Part shown: one piece after another, positions 9,898-19,013 of the stretch
How positions within the stretch are numbered: the stretch's first letter is position 1
Layout of the letters: every line of letters starts with the position of its first letter
Notes under the pieces: model-generated
What the model was told of the DNA's origin: nothing
What the model saw: the letters and a program-made list of their open reading frames with translations, nothing else
Database searches by the model: none
Position numbers and translations under genes: made by a program
Source of the DNA: Candidatus Multivoradales bacterium
GTDB taxonomy: Bacteria; Acidobacteriota; Thermoanaerobaculia; Multivoradales; JAHEKO01
DNA length: 64,000 nucleotides
Assembly: GCA_965223855.1 (NCBI GenBank)
Contig: CBDCXM010000009.1
Span: forward strand, 1,600,001 to 1,664,000
Reading direction: 5' to 3'

Positions 9898-10446
9898 ATG
9901 TCCAATCGACGCCTGATGACCCGCCTGTACTACTTCACCATCGAAGACGAGAGCATGCTCGCCGAGGCCTTCCCCCAGTTCGAGGAGGAGGGGATCGCGA
10001 TCACCTACAAGGTGGTCGATACCGAGGACGTCTTCGTCACCACCGCCGACACCCGCGAGGCGATGGACCGCCACGACGTGCCCTACAACCTTCTCGCCGA
10101 GGAGGAGTCGGAGCGGATCGCGATCTACCACACGCCGCTGTCGCGCGAGGAGCTCGGCGAGCACGAGGATCCGCTGCGCGCCCTGGCGCTGGCGCATCGG
10201 GCGATCGGCATGGCGTGCGTCGGCGTCAACGGCGAGGCCGACCTCGGCTTCGACCTCTCGGACGGCACCGACGGCTACACCTACTTCACCGCGCCCGCCG
10301 GCCACACCTTCATCTGGCGCGTCTTCCGCACCCGCGAAGAGGCGGAGGACTTCCTCACCAAGCTCACCGGCGAGGACAAGGAGGCGATCGCGTGGGTGAA
10401 GAACATGCCGCTCTCGAACAGCGAAGAACTGGCCGGCTATCACTGA
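9898..10446 (+). CDS. Hypothetical acidic cytoplasmic protein
   Basis: GGAG RBS before ATG, strong GC3 codon bias, no recognised domain. Confidence 0.75.
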   Translation: MSNRRLMTRLYYFTIEDESMLAEAFPQFEEEGIAITYKVVDTEDVFVTTADTREAMDRHDVPYNLLAEEESERIAIYHTPLSREELGEHEDPLRALALAHRAIGMACVGVNGEADLGFDLSDGTDGYTYFTAPAGHTFIWRVFRTREEAEDFLTKLTGEDKEAIAWVKNMPLSNSEELAGYH

Positions 10447-10452
10447 TCACCC

Positions 10453-11826
10453 TTGAGTAGCGGCACGCCCGTCACGGTCTCCGTCAGCGCCCTGTGCGCC
10501 GACGTCAAGGGGTTGTTGCGCGAGGCCTACGACTCGTTGTGGGTGTCGGGGGAGGTGCAGCGGCTGCGGCCGAACCGCAACGGGCACCTGTTCTTCGAGC
10601 TGGTGGAGAAGGGAGCGGGCGACGAGGTGGTCGCCAAGCTCGAGGCGGTGATCTGGCGGCGCGACTGGGAGCGGGTGCGGCGGGAGCTCGAGAGGGCGGG
10701 GAGCGAGATCGTCGACGGGGGTGAGATCCGGTGTCTCGCCGGGCTCGACCTCTATGCGCCGTTCGGGCGCATGCAGCTCACGGTGCGCGAGGTCGATCCG
10801 CTCTTCGCCCTCGGCAAGCTCGAGGCGCGGCGACGGCAGGTGCTGGCCGAGCTCGAGAGGTCGGGGCTGCTCGAGAAGAACGGCGGCCTGGAGCTCTCCC
10901 CCGTGCCGCTCGACCTGGCACTGGTGACGTCGCGCGAGAGTGCGGCGTACCACGACTTCCTGGCCACGCTCGGCGAGAGCGGCTACGGCTTCCGCGTGAC
11001 GCTGCTGGATGCAGCGATGCAGGGTCGGGCTGCGGAGGGGGCGGTGGCGAGTGCGCTGGCGGCGGCTTCGCGGCTGCCGATCGACGCCTGCGTGCTGATC
11101 CGCGGCGGCGGCTCGCGCACCGACCTGGCGGCGTTCGACAGCCTGCGGGTGTCGCGGGCGGTCGCCGAGTGCGGTGTGCCCGTGGTGACCGGTCTCGGCC
11201 ACCAGATCGACCGCGCGATCGCCGATCTCGCCGCCCACACGGCGGTGAAGACGCCGACCCAAGCGGCGGCGTTCCTGATCGACCGGGTGGCGGGCGCCGA
11301 TCGGGCGCAGGCCGAGATCGGCTCGCGACTGTCGGTCGCGGCGGGAAGGACCGTCGAACGCGGCCGGCATCGGGCGGCACAGGCCGAGGCGCGATTCGCT
11401 CAGCCGCGCCTGAGACTGGCGGCGACCGGGGCGAAGCTCGACGGCGTGGCCGCGGCTCTGGCGCGTGCCGCCGCAAGGGTGCCGCGCGAGGGGCGGCGGC
11501 GACTCGAACGGACCGCGGCCGGCCTCGGTGCGCGCGCGCCGCGAGTAGTGGCTGCTGCGGGCGCCACCTGGCGCACTGCCGGCGAGCGTCTCGCCCGCTC
11601 GGCGCGCGGCCGGCTCCAGACGGTCGCCGCACGCCTCGACGGCTTCGAGCGGGTGGCACACGGACTGGCCCCCGAGCGGGTGCTGGCGCGCGGCTTCAGC
11701 GTCACCCGCGACGCCTCGGGGCGCGCCATGAGGAGCGCCGATCAGATCGGGTATGGTGATCTGGTGACGACCCGGCTGGCCGATGGGAGCTTCCGCAGCC
11801 GGGTCGAAGCCGGGGATGGCGAGTGA
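10453..11826 (+). CDS. xseA: Exodeoxyribonuclease VII large subunit
   Basis: LWVSGEV, GHLFFEL, LIRGGGS, VVTGLGHQID, TPTQAA, VLARGFS. Confidence 0.92.
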   Translation: MSSGTPVTVSVSALCADVKGLLREAYDSLWVSGEVQRLRPNRNGHLFFELVEKGAGDEVVAKLEAVIWRRDWERVRRELERAGSEIVDGGEIRCLAGLDLYAPFGRMQLTVREVDPLFALGKLEARRRQVLAELERSGLLEKNGGLELSPVPLDLALVTSRESAAYHDFLATLGESGYGFRVTLLDAAMQGRAAEGAVASALAAASRLPIDACVLIRGGGSRTDLAAFDSLRVSRAVAECGVPVVTGLGHQIDRAIADLAAHTAVKTPTQAAAFLIDRVAGADRAQAEIGSRLSVAAGRTVERGRHRAAQAEARFAQPRLRLAATGAKLDGVAAALARAAARVPREGRRRLERTAAGLGARAPRVVAAAGATWRTAGERLARSARGRLQTVAARLDGFERVAHGLAPERVLARGFSVTRDASGRAMRSADQIGYGDLVTTRLADGSFRSRVEAGDGE

Positions 11827-11851
11827 CGGGGACCGACACGGAGTGACTGGA

Positions 11852-12157
11852 ATGGCCGAAGACGATCTGTCCAAACTGGGGTTCAGCGCCGCGATGGACG
11901 AGCTGGAGGGGATCCTGCGGCGCATCGAGGGCGAGCAGGTCGACATCGACGAGCTGGCCGTAGAGCTCGAACGGGCGGCCAAACTGCTCGACGTCTGCCG
12001 CACCAAGATCCGGCGTGCCGAGGTCGAGGTGAGCCAGATCGTCCAGACTCTCGATCCGGAGAAGGCTGAGGAGTCGGAGCCGGAGGAAGGGTCGCAGGCC
12101 GACGGCGACGAGAGCGAAGGCGGCGAGACCGCCAGCCTGTTCCCGGACGAGGAATGA
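11852..12157 (+). CDS. xseB: Exodeoxyribonuclease VII small subunit
   Basis: FSAAMDELEGILRRIE...IDELA...CRTKIRRAE; follows xseA. Confidence 0.9.
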   Translation: MAEDDLSKLGFSAAMDELEGILRRIEGEQVDIDELAVELERAAKLLDVCRTKIRRAEVEVSQIVQTLDPEKAEESEPEEGSQADGDESEGGETASLFPDEE

Positions 12158-12176
12158 GGCGCCGGAGCTGACGGGG

Positions 12177-13031
12177 ATGTTCGAGCGGCAGACCAGCGGC
12201 GCCGTCGTCTGCCCGACATGCGGCAAGCTGGTCGGGGTCAACGACGCGCAGTGTCCGTTCTGCGGCCGCGCCAATCCGGGGATGTTCGGCTTCGCCCGCG
12301 CCCTCGGCCGGATCGCCGACGGCGACGGCTTCGTCAAGGTGGTGATCGGCGCCTGTGTCGTGCTCTACGCGCTGACGCTGCTGGTCAGCGGGCGCGACAT
12401 CGGCTTCGGCGGCACCCTCGGCTTCCTCGAGCCGAACGAGCTGTCGCTGAGGATGTTCGGCGCCTCCGGCGCGAGCCCGATCTTCGGCTTCGGCATGTGG
12501 TGGACGGTGCTCTCCGCCTCGTGGCTCCACGGCAGCCTGCTCCACATCGTCTTCAACATGATGTGGATCCGCAACCTCGCGCCGCCGCTGGCGCAGTTCG
12601 TCGGCCCGGGGCGGATGATCCTCATCTATCTCGTCTCCGGGGTGGTCGGCTTCGCGGCGACGAGCGCGGCGCGCTACGTCTTCCCCTACGGCCTGCCGGT
12701 GCTCGGCGGGGCGTTTCTCACCGTCGGCGCTTCGGCGTCGATCTTCGGCCTCCTCGGCGGGCTGGTGCAGTACGGGCGGCGGACCGGCAGCACGGCGCTG
12801 AGCCGTCAGGTGTGGACCTGGGCGCTGGTGCTCTTCGTCTTCGGCATCCTGATGCCGCGGGTCGACAACATCGCCCACCTCGGCGGCTTCGTCGGCGGCT
12901 ATGTTGCCGCGGGGATGCTCAAGCTCGGCGAGCCGGAGAAGCCCGAGCACCTGATCGGCGCCCTGGTCGGCCTCGCGCTCTCCCTGGTGGCGGTGGCGCT
13001 GTCGGTGCTCAGGATCTGGAGCCTGACCTGA
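12177..13031 (+). CDS. Rhomboid intramembrane serine protease with N-terminal zinc ribbon
   Basis: CPTC...CPFC, HGSLLHIVFNM, GASAS, AHLGGF. Confidence 0.9.
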   Translation: MFERQTSGAVVCPTCGKLVGVNDAQCPFCGRANPGMFGFARALGRIADGDGFVKVVIGACVVLYALTLLVSGRDIGFGGTLGFLEPNELSLRMFGASGASPIFGFGMWWTVLSASWLHGSLLHIVFNMMWIRNLAPPLAQFVGPGRMILIYLVSGVVGFAATSAARYVFPYGLPVLGGAFLTVGASASIFGLLGGLVQYGRRTGSTALSRQVWTWALVLFVFGILMPRVDNIAHLGGFVGGYVAAGMLKLGEPEKPEHLIGALVGLALSLVAVALSVLRIWSLT

Positions 13032-13033
13032 CG

Positions 13034-14200
13034 GTGGCGCTGACGGCGGCCGAGACAGAGCGCTACGGGCGGCATCTGGTGATGCCGGAGGTCGGCGTCG
13101 AAGGGCAGGAGCGGCTCCGCGCGGCGCGGGTGCTGCTGGTCGGAGCCGGCGGCCTCGGCTCGCCGGCGGCGCTCTATCTCGCCGCGGCAGGGGTCGGGAC
13201 GCTCGGCCTGGTCGAGTTCGACCGCGTCGAGACGACCAATCTGCAACGTCAGATCCTCTACGGAGCCGGAGACGTCGGGCGGGCGAAGACAGAGGTCGCC
13301 GCCGAGCGGCTCGCCGCCGTCAACCCGCACGTCACCCTCGAGGTTCACGACGAGCGGCTGACCGCGGCCAACGCGCTCGAGCTGGTCGGCGCCTACGACC
13401 TGGTGATCGACGGCTCCGACAACTTCCCGACCCGCTACCTGGTGAACGACGCCTGCGTCCTGACCGGCACACCGAACGTCTATGGCTCGGTGCTGCGGTT
13501 CGAGGGGCAGGTGAGCGTCTTCGCCACTGCGGGGGGGCCGTGCTACCGCTGCCTGTTCCCGGAGCCGCCGCCGCCCGGCTCGGTGCCGTCGTGCGCCGAG
13601 GCGGGGGTGCTCGGGGTGCTGCCGGGGATCATCGGCTCGCTCCAGGCGCTCGAGGCGATCAAGTGGATCCTCGGTCTGGGCGATGCGCTGGTCGGGCGGT
13701 TCCTGGTGTTCGACGGGGTGAGCCTGCGCTTTCGCGAGGTGACGTTGCCGCGCTCCGAGGAGTGCCCGGTGTGCTCGGCGGAGGCGCCGCAGCGCGAGCT
13801 GATCGAGTACGACGACGCCTGCGAGGTTGCGCAGGCTCGTGAAACTTCGGAGGGATCTTCGATGACCGGAGGAGAAAGCGTGCTGTTCGACATCAGCGTG
13901 GCGGAGCTCGACGAGCTGCGGCGCGCCGGCTCCGACCTGCAGCTGATCGACGTCCGCACGCCGCGCGAGTACGAGATCGCGCGGATCGACGGAGCGACGC
14001 TGGTGCCGATGAACGAGCTCCCGGGCCGGCTCGAGGAGCTCGACCGCGAGCGCCCGCTGGTGGTGCACTGCCATCACGGCCCGCGCTCGACGCAGACGGT
14101 CGCGTGGCTGCGGCAGCAGGGGTTCTCGCGCGCCCGCAATCTCGCAGGGGGGATCGACGCCTGGAGCCGCGAGGTCGATCCTTCCGTGCCGCTCTACTGA
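13034..14200 (+). CDS. moeB: Molybdopterin-synthase adenylyltransferase MoeB with C-terminal rhodanese domain (MoeZ-like)
   Basis: RYGRHL, GAGGLGSP, TNLQRQ, DGSDNFPTRY, CYRC, SCAEAGVLG, CPVC, rhodanese CHHGPRS. Confidence 0.92.
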   Translation: MALTAAETERYGRHLVMPEVGVEGQERLRAARVLLVGAGGLGSPAALYLAAAGVGTLGLVEFDRVETTNLQRQILYGAGDVGRAKTEVAAERLAAVNPHVTLEVHDERLTAANALELVGAYDLVIDGSDNFPTRYLVNDACVLTGTPNVYGSVLRFEGQVSVFATAGGPCYRCLFPEPPPPGSVPSCAEAGVLGVLPGIIGSLQALEAIKWILGLGDALVGRFLVFDGVSLRFREVTLPRSEECPVCSAEAPQRELIEYDDACEVAQARETSEGSSMTGGESVLFDISVAELDELRRAGSDLQLIDVRTPREYEIARIDGATLVPMNELPGRLEELDRERPLVVHCHHGPRSTQTVAWLRQQGFSRARNLAGGIDAWSREVDPSVPLY

Positions 14201-14233
14201 CACGGAACTTCCGGACGACGACCCGTTCGACCG

Positions 14234-15559
14234 ATGGCGCGTCGAGGCAACGGCTGCGGCCCCGTCCTGCTGATCCTGCTGCTGGCGGCGTTGGCCGCCG
14301 TGGCGCTGGCGACGCAGTTTCCGGACGCCGAGCTGATCCGACGCGCGACCGGGTGGCCGGTGCTCGGTCCGTGGGTCGAGCGCTTCCGGGCGCTCTACGT
14401 TCCTGCCGAGGGAGAAGCGGCCGAAGGCGAAGCGGCCTCGACCGGGGCGACCTCGACCGGGGTGGCGGCCTCGGCCGGAGCGGCGCCGGAGGTCGACTTC
14501 GTCATCGAGTACGTCGAGCCCGAGTACACCGCCCTGCCGAAGCTGTGGCTCGAGCCGGAGACCGAGCTCCACGCCGAGCCGTCGACGTCGAGCGCCGTCA
14601 CCGCTCGGGTGCACGCGCTGTCGAACTTCGGCTGGATCGAGCGCCGTGGCGACTGGTTCCTGGTGCGCCGCGGGGAGGCGGGCGGAGTCGTGGTCGAGGG
14701 GTGGGTGAGGGTCGAGGACCTCGACGCCGCCCGCCCGCAGCTCGCGCCCGGAATCGAGCCGGCGACACCGCTCGCCGCGGTGGAACTGGCAGCGCGCCAT
14801 CGCCGGTCGGCGGACACGATCATGACCTCGCCGCGCGAGGGCAGATGCGGCGCCTATCGCCTGCTGAGCGACGTCGAGAGCGGCACGCTCGGGACGTTCT
14901 GCGCCGGGGTCGTGTCGCGGCTCGACGCCGCCTATGAGGAGACGTTCGGGCGCCCTCCGCTCGGCGTGGCGGCGGAGACGATCCTGGTCTTCCGCGACAA
15001 GCCGGACTTCCGGGTCTTCGCCGCCACCGGTTCGCGCTGGCGGGTCGAGGCAAGCGGTCGCGCCAGCGCCGCCGACGGCTACGCGGCGCTCGCCTGGGAC
15101 GAGAGCGAGGCCGAAGCGCGGTCGGCGACGTTGATCCACGAGCTGACCCACCTCGTCAACCGCCGCGCGCTGGGCCCGGCGCTGCCGGCCTGGCTGGCCG
15201 AGGGCCTGGCCGACACTCTTGCCGAGAGGTTGGTCGGCGGCAAGGCGGAGGCGGCCCGCTGGCGGGTCGGGATGGACCTCGCAGCCGGTGAGCTGCCGCC
15301 GATCGCCGAACTGCTCGGCCTTTCGTCGCGCGAGTTCTACGAGGGGGGCGGGTTCTCGAACTACGCGCGGGCGCACCTGTGGGTGGAGTTCCTCTCGAGC
15401 CATGCCGTCCTGGGTGAGCGCTTCGAGTCGTTCCTCGATGCCGTCGCCGAGGGCGACGCGGGGACCGCCGAGACCCTCGAGTCCCATCTCGCTCGCCCCC
15501 TCGGGGCTGTCGAGGAGGAGTGGCGGGCGTGGGTGCGCGCGGCGCCCGGTCGTGGCTGA
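14234..15559 (+). CDS. Membrane-anchored protein with SH3-like domain and HExxH (gluzincin-type) metallopeptidase domain
   Basis: N-terminal TM; ERRGDWFLVR...EGWV (SH3-like); LIHELTH...WLAEGLA. Confidence 0.7.
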   Translation: MARRGNGCGPVLLILLLAALAAVALATQFPDAELIRRATGWPVLGPWVERFRALYVPAEGEAAEGEAASTGATSTGVAASAGAAPEVDFVIEYVEPEYTALPKLWLEPETELHAEPSTSSAVTARVHALSNFGWIERRGDWFLVRRGEAGGVVVEGWVRVEDLDAARPQLAPGIEPATPLAAVELAARHRRSADTIMTSPREGRCGAYRLLSDVESGTLGTFCAGVVSRLDAAYEETFGRPPLGVAAETILVFRDKPDFRVFAATGSRWRVEASGRASAADGYAALAWDESEAEARSATLIHELTHLVNRRALGPALPAWLAEGLADTLAERLVGGKAEAARWRVGMDLAAGELPPIAELLGLSSREFYEGGGFSNYARAHLWVEFLSSHAVLGERFESFLDAVAEGDAGTAETLESHLARPLGAVEEEWRAWVRAAPGRG

Positions 15560-15649
15560 AGAAGACGGTAGCGAGGGGCGGCGGGCTCGTGAGGAATCCG
15601 CGGCGGTCGCCGTGTAGACTCGTCGGCCAATTCCACTGGAGGGGTTCCC

Positions 15650-17317
15650 ATGCGCCATCGCTGGATCTTCTGTCTCGCCATCCTCGCCCTCGCAGCGGCT
15701 CCCGGATCGGGTGCCGAGCGGATCTCGAACGCCGAGCCGTACGTCAGCGAGGTCGTCGTGCCGCACGTCTTCAACGGCGACCTGCGGAGCTTCGACACCG
15801 TGGCGTCGTGGAACCCAGGCGACCCGATCGAGGTGGTGCCCGAAGGTCTCTTTGCCGAAGAGGGCTCCGAGGGAGATCCGAGCTGGGTCGATCCGGTGCG
15901 GCAGGATGCCCCGGTGGGAGGCGACTCGCTCTTCGCCGGCGAGGTGGTGACCGACTTCCAGGCGATGAACTTCACCGGCGCGCTGCCGCCGGACGTCGTC
16001 GGCGACGTCGGTCCCGACCACTACATCGCGATGGCCAACGCGTCGCGCTTCTCGATCTTCGACAAGGACGGCAACGTGCTCGCCGGGCCGCTGGCGCTCA
16101 ACACGCTCTGGACCGGCGGCTCGTCGCCTTGCACCGACGGCGACGGCGATCCGATCGTCCGCTACGACGGGCTGGCGGACCGGTGGTTCATGACCGAGTT
16201 CGACCTCACCGGCAACACCTTCTGCTGGTACGTCTCCCAGGGCCCCAACCCGGTGACCGACGGCTGGTTCGTCTACGACTTCTCGGCGCCGTCGTTCCCC
16301 GACTATCCGCAGTACGGGGTGTGGCCGGGGGCGTACTTCGTCACCACCTTCGAGAGCCCGTCGCTCGGCCTCTACGCCTTCGACCGCAACCAGATGCTCA
16401 ACGGCGATCCGGCGACCTACCAGCGCTTCACGGTGCCGCAGCTCGTCGGCTCGTCACCCCGCGTGACTCGTATGCTGCCCGCCGACGTCGACGGCACGAC
16501 GGCCCCTCTGGACGGCGACGAGGGCCTCTTCGCCCGCACCGTCGACGCGACTCAGGACAACACCGATCCGACCGATCGGATCGAGATGTTCGCGTTCTTC
16601 GTCGACTTCGTCACGCCTGCGAACTCCTCGCTTTCCCAGATGAACGACGTGATTCCGGAGTCGTTCACCCTGCTGCCGTGTTCGCCGACGGTGCGGGACT
16701 GCGTGCCGCAACCCGGCACCTCGCGACGGCTCGATGCGCTCTTCAACCGCTCGCTACGCCGTCTGCAGTTCCGGCGTTTCGGTGACGAGGACAGGCTCGT
16801 GACGACCCAGGTGGTCGATGCGGGCGGCGGCATCGCCGGCAAGCGCTGGTACGAGCTTCGTCGGACCATCACCGGCGACTTCCCGGAGGGCTCGGCTCCC
16901 TTCTCGATCCATCAGCAGGGCACCTACTCGCCGGACAGCGTCGAGCGGTTCATGGGCTCGATCGCCCAGAACGGGCGCGGCGACATCGCGCTCGGCTATT
17001 CCGTCAGCGACGCCACTTCGACCCTGCCGGGCATCCGCGTCACGGCGCGCAGGTCGGGGGATCCTCTCGGCGAGATGACGATGGAGGAGCTCGAGATCAA
17101 GGCCGGCGAGGGAGTCCAGACCTCGACGCAGCGCTGGGGCGACTACACGTCGATGAACGTCGATCCGGCGGATGACGACACCTTCTGGTACGTCAATCAG
17201 TTCGTGCGGACGAACGGCACGTGGGCGACCTATGTCGGCGCCATCCGCCTGACCGGCCTGATCGAGGACGGCTTCGAAAGCGGCGACACCTCGGCGTGGT
17301 CCGACACCGTTCCCTGA
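15650..17317 (+). CDS. Secreted uncharacterised protein with C-terminal DGFESGDTSAWS tail
   Basis: Signal peptide; PPDVVGDVGPDHYI, DGDPIVRYD, FPDYP and RWGDY motifs; ends LIEDGFESGDTSAWSDTVP. Confidence 0.85.
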   Translation: MRHRWIFCLAILALAAAPGSGAERISNAEPYVSEVVVPHVFNGDLRSFDTVASWNPGDPIEVVPEGLFAEEGSEGDPSWVDPVRQDAPVGGDSLFAGEVVTDFQAMNFTGALPPDVVGDVGPDHYIAMANASRFSIFDKDGNVLAGPLALNTLWTGGSSPCTDGDGDPIVRYDGLADRWFMTEFDLTGNTFCWYVSQGPNPVTDGWFVYDFSAPSFPDYPQYGVWPGAYFVTTFESPSLGLYAFDRNQMLNGDPATYQRFTVPQLVGSSPRVTRMLPADVDGTTAPLDGDEGLFARTVDATQDNTDPTDRIEMFAFFVDFVTPANSSLSQMNDVIPESFTLLPCSPTVRDCVPQPGTSRRLDALFNRSLRRLQFRRFGDEDRLVTTQVVDAGGGIAGKRWYELRRTITGDFPEGSAPFSIHQQGTYSPDSVERFMGSIAQNGRGDIALGYSVSDATSTLPGIRVTARRSGDPLGEMTMEELEIKAGEGVQTSTQRWGDYTSMNVDPADDDTFWYVNQFVRTNGTWATYVGAIRLTGLIEDGFESGDTSAWSDTVP

Positions 17318-18156
17318 TCCGGAGACCATGGCCGGCCGGCATCGCCCTCGCCATGGCGATGCCGGTCGCCGTCGCCGCGGCAGTCCAGGAGCCAGCCCAG
17401 GAGCCGGTCGAGGAAGCGGTCGAGCCGGCGTGGTCGCTGGTGCATCGCACGTGGTCCCGGTCGACAGCCGACGTCGAGCGCCTGCGGATCGAGAACCGCT
17501 GGGGGGACATCCGGCTTCGTGGCGGTGAGGGAGACCGGGTCGAGCTGGCGGCCGCCGTGCAGCAGATCGAGGGTGACGGAGCTCGCTTCGAGGTCCGCAA
17601 CGAGCTGCGTGGAGGGGAACTCCTCGTCTGGGTGGAGTTCGAGGGCGGTGACGCGGTCGCTTCGGAAGGGGAAGAGGCGGACCGGCGGCGGATCGACGTC
17701 GCCGTCGCGCTTCCGGTCCAGCTGGCGCTCAACGCTCTCGCCACCGGCGGGCTCGTCGAGCTGACCGATCTCAGCTCGCCCGTCACCGTGACCACCACGT
17801 CGGGACCGATCGTCTTCGTCGGCACGGCGCCGCTCGAGGCGATCAGCGAGTCGGGAGCCGTGCGGGCGCAGTTCCGGGGCAGCGCCTCCCAGGACTCCGG
17901 CTCGACGATCACGACCGTGCGCGGCTCGATCGACGTCGAGCTGCTGGCCGACGGCGCGGCGACCTTCGAGGTCACCACACGCGGTTCGATCACCACCGAT
18001 TACTCGATCGAGATCGAGCGCGATCCGAAGGGGACCGCCAAGCGGGGGGTGGCCCGGGTCGGTGAGGGCGGGGCGACGATCCGGATCGATTCGCGGCGCG
18101 GCGACGTGCGCCTGCGAGCGCTGGTGGCTCCCGAGGCGGCGCGCGAGGACGGCTGA
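17296..18156 (+). CDS. DUF4097/adhesin-like beta-strand repeat protein
   Basis: Repeated NRWGDI, TTSGPI, SESGAV, TVRGSI, TTRGSI, SRRGDV; signal-like N-terminus; start uncertain (17296 or 17314). Confidence 0.7.
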   Translation: MVRHRSLIRRPWPAGIALAMAMPVAVAAAVQEPAQEPVEEAVEPAWSLVHRTWSRSTADVERLRIENRWGDIRLRGGEGDRVELAAAVQQIEGDGARFEVRNELRGGELLVWVEFEGGDAVASEGEEADRRRIDVAVALPVQLALNALATGGLVELTDLSSPVTVTTTSGPIVFVGTAPLEAISESGAVRAQFRGSASQDSGSTITTVRGSIDVELLADGAATFEVTTRGSITTDYSIEIERDPKGTAKRGVARVGEGGATIRIDSRRGDVRLRALVAPEAAREDG

Positions 18157-18181
18157 TCTTCCAGCCGGGCGTCAGCCGGCG

Positions 18182-18616
18182 TCAGTCGGCGAGCGTCTCC
18201 TCTTCGCGCCATACCGCACTGCCGTCGGCGTAGTGCTCCTGCTTCCAGATCGGCACTTCGCACTTGAGCCGTTCGAGCGTCATCCGGCTGGCGGTGTAGG
18301 CGGCGTCGCGGTGGGGGGCAGCGGCGGCGATGACGACGCTGGGCTCGCCGGCGGCAACCTCGCCGAGCCGGTGATGGATCGCCAGTGCGAGGTCGGTCGC
18401 CTCGGCGACGAGCTCGGCGACGATGCGCTCCAGCCGCTCGAGCGCCATCGGCTGATAGGCGTCGTAGGTCAGGCTGGTGACCCGGCGGCCGTGATGGTGG
18501 TTGCGCACCGTCCCGACGAAGAGCGCCACGGCGCCGCGGCTCGGCGAGCGCACCAGCGCCGCCGCCGGTTCCACTTCGAGCGGCCCCTCGACCAGCCGCA
18601 CGGCGTCGCCGCCCAC
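18182..18616 (-). CDS. moaE: Molybdopterin synthase catalytic subunit
   Basis: GAVALFVGTVR, LTYDAY, HHRLG, APHR, VPIWKQE. Confidence 0.92.
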   Translation of the reverse strand: MGGDAVRLVEGPLEVEPAAALVRSPSRGAVALFVGTVRNHHHGRRVTSLTYDAYQPMALERLERIVAELVAEATDLALAIHHRLGEVAAGEPSVVIAAAAPHRDAAYTASRMTLERLKCEVPIWKQEHYADGSAVWREEETLAD

Positions 18617-18617
18617 C

Positions 18618-18863
18618 TCAGCCCCCGGAGACCGGCGGCAGCAGGGCGATTTCCTGCCCGGCGGTGAGGGTCGGGTTGCCGCGCTCGATGTGGCCGTCGA
18701 TCGCGATGGCGATGCGCTCCCACTGGCCGACGAGCGACGGATGGACCGACGACAGCGCCCGTTGCAGGGTGTCGAGGTCGGCGCCGTCCTCCAGCGGGAA
18801 CTCGAACTCGGCGAGGCCGATCGACTCCCGGGCCGAGGCGAAGGCGAGGATGCGAACTTCCAT
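18618..18863 (-). CDS. moaD: Molybdopterin synthase sulfur carrier
   Basis: 81 aa beta-grasp protein ending PPVSGG, adjacent to moaE. Confidence 0.92.
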   Translation of the reverse strand: MEVRILAFASARESIGLAEFEFPLEDGADLDTLQRALSSVHPSLVGQWERIAIAIDGHIERGNPTLTAGQEIALLPPVSGG

Positions 18864-19013
18864 GGAGCGTCGAGTTTACGCTCTGCGCACCGATGCGCCG
18901 AGCCGTCGAGGGTGGACGTCGCCCGCTTGTAGAATGCCGCCGCTCCCGACCGACCGGGGACGTCGCCGGCAACGGCCGATCCTCACGACCCGCTCGGGGC
19001 GCGAAGAGGGGAC

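Noticed and set aside
12177-13031. Rhomboid as the processing enzyme for the DGFESGD tail (rhombosortase analogy)
   Set aside because: Rhomboids cut TM helices and the tail has none; proximity alone is not evidence
13034-18863. MoeB/MoaD as a ubiquitin-like conjugation or defence system
   Set aside because: moaD is adjacent to moaE, a molybdoenzyme is nearby, and no E2 or JAB gene is present; ordinary molybdenum cofactor synthesis explains it
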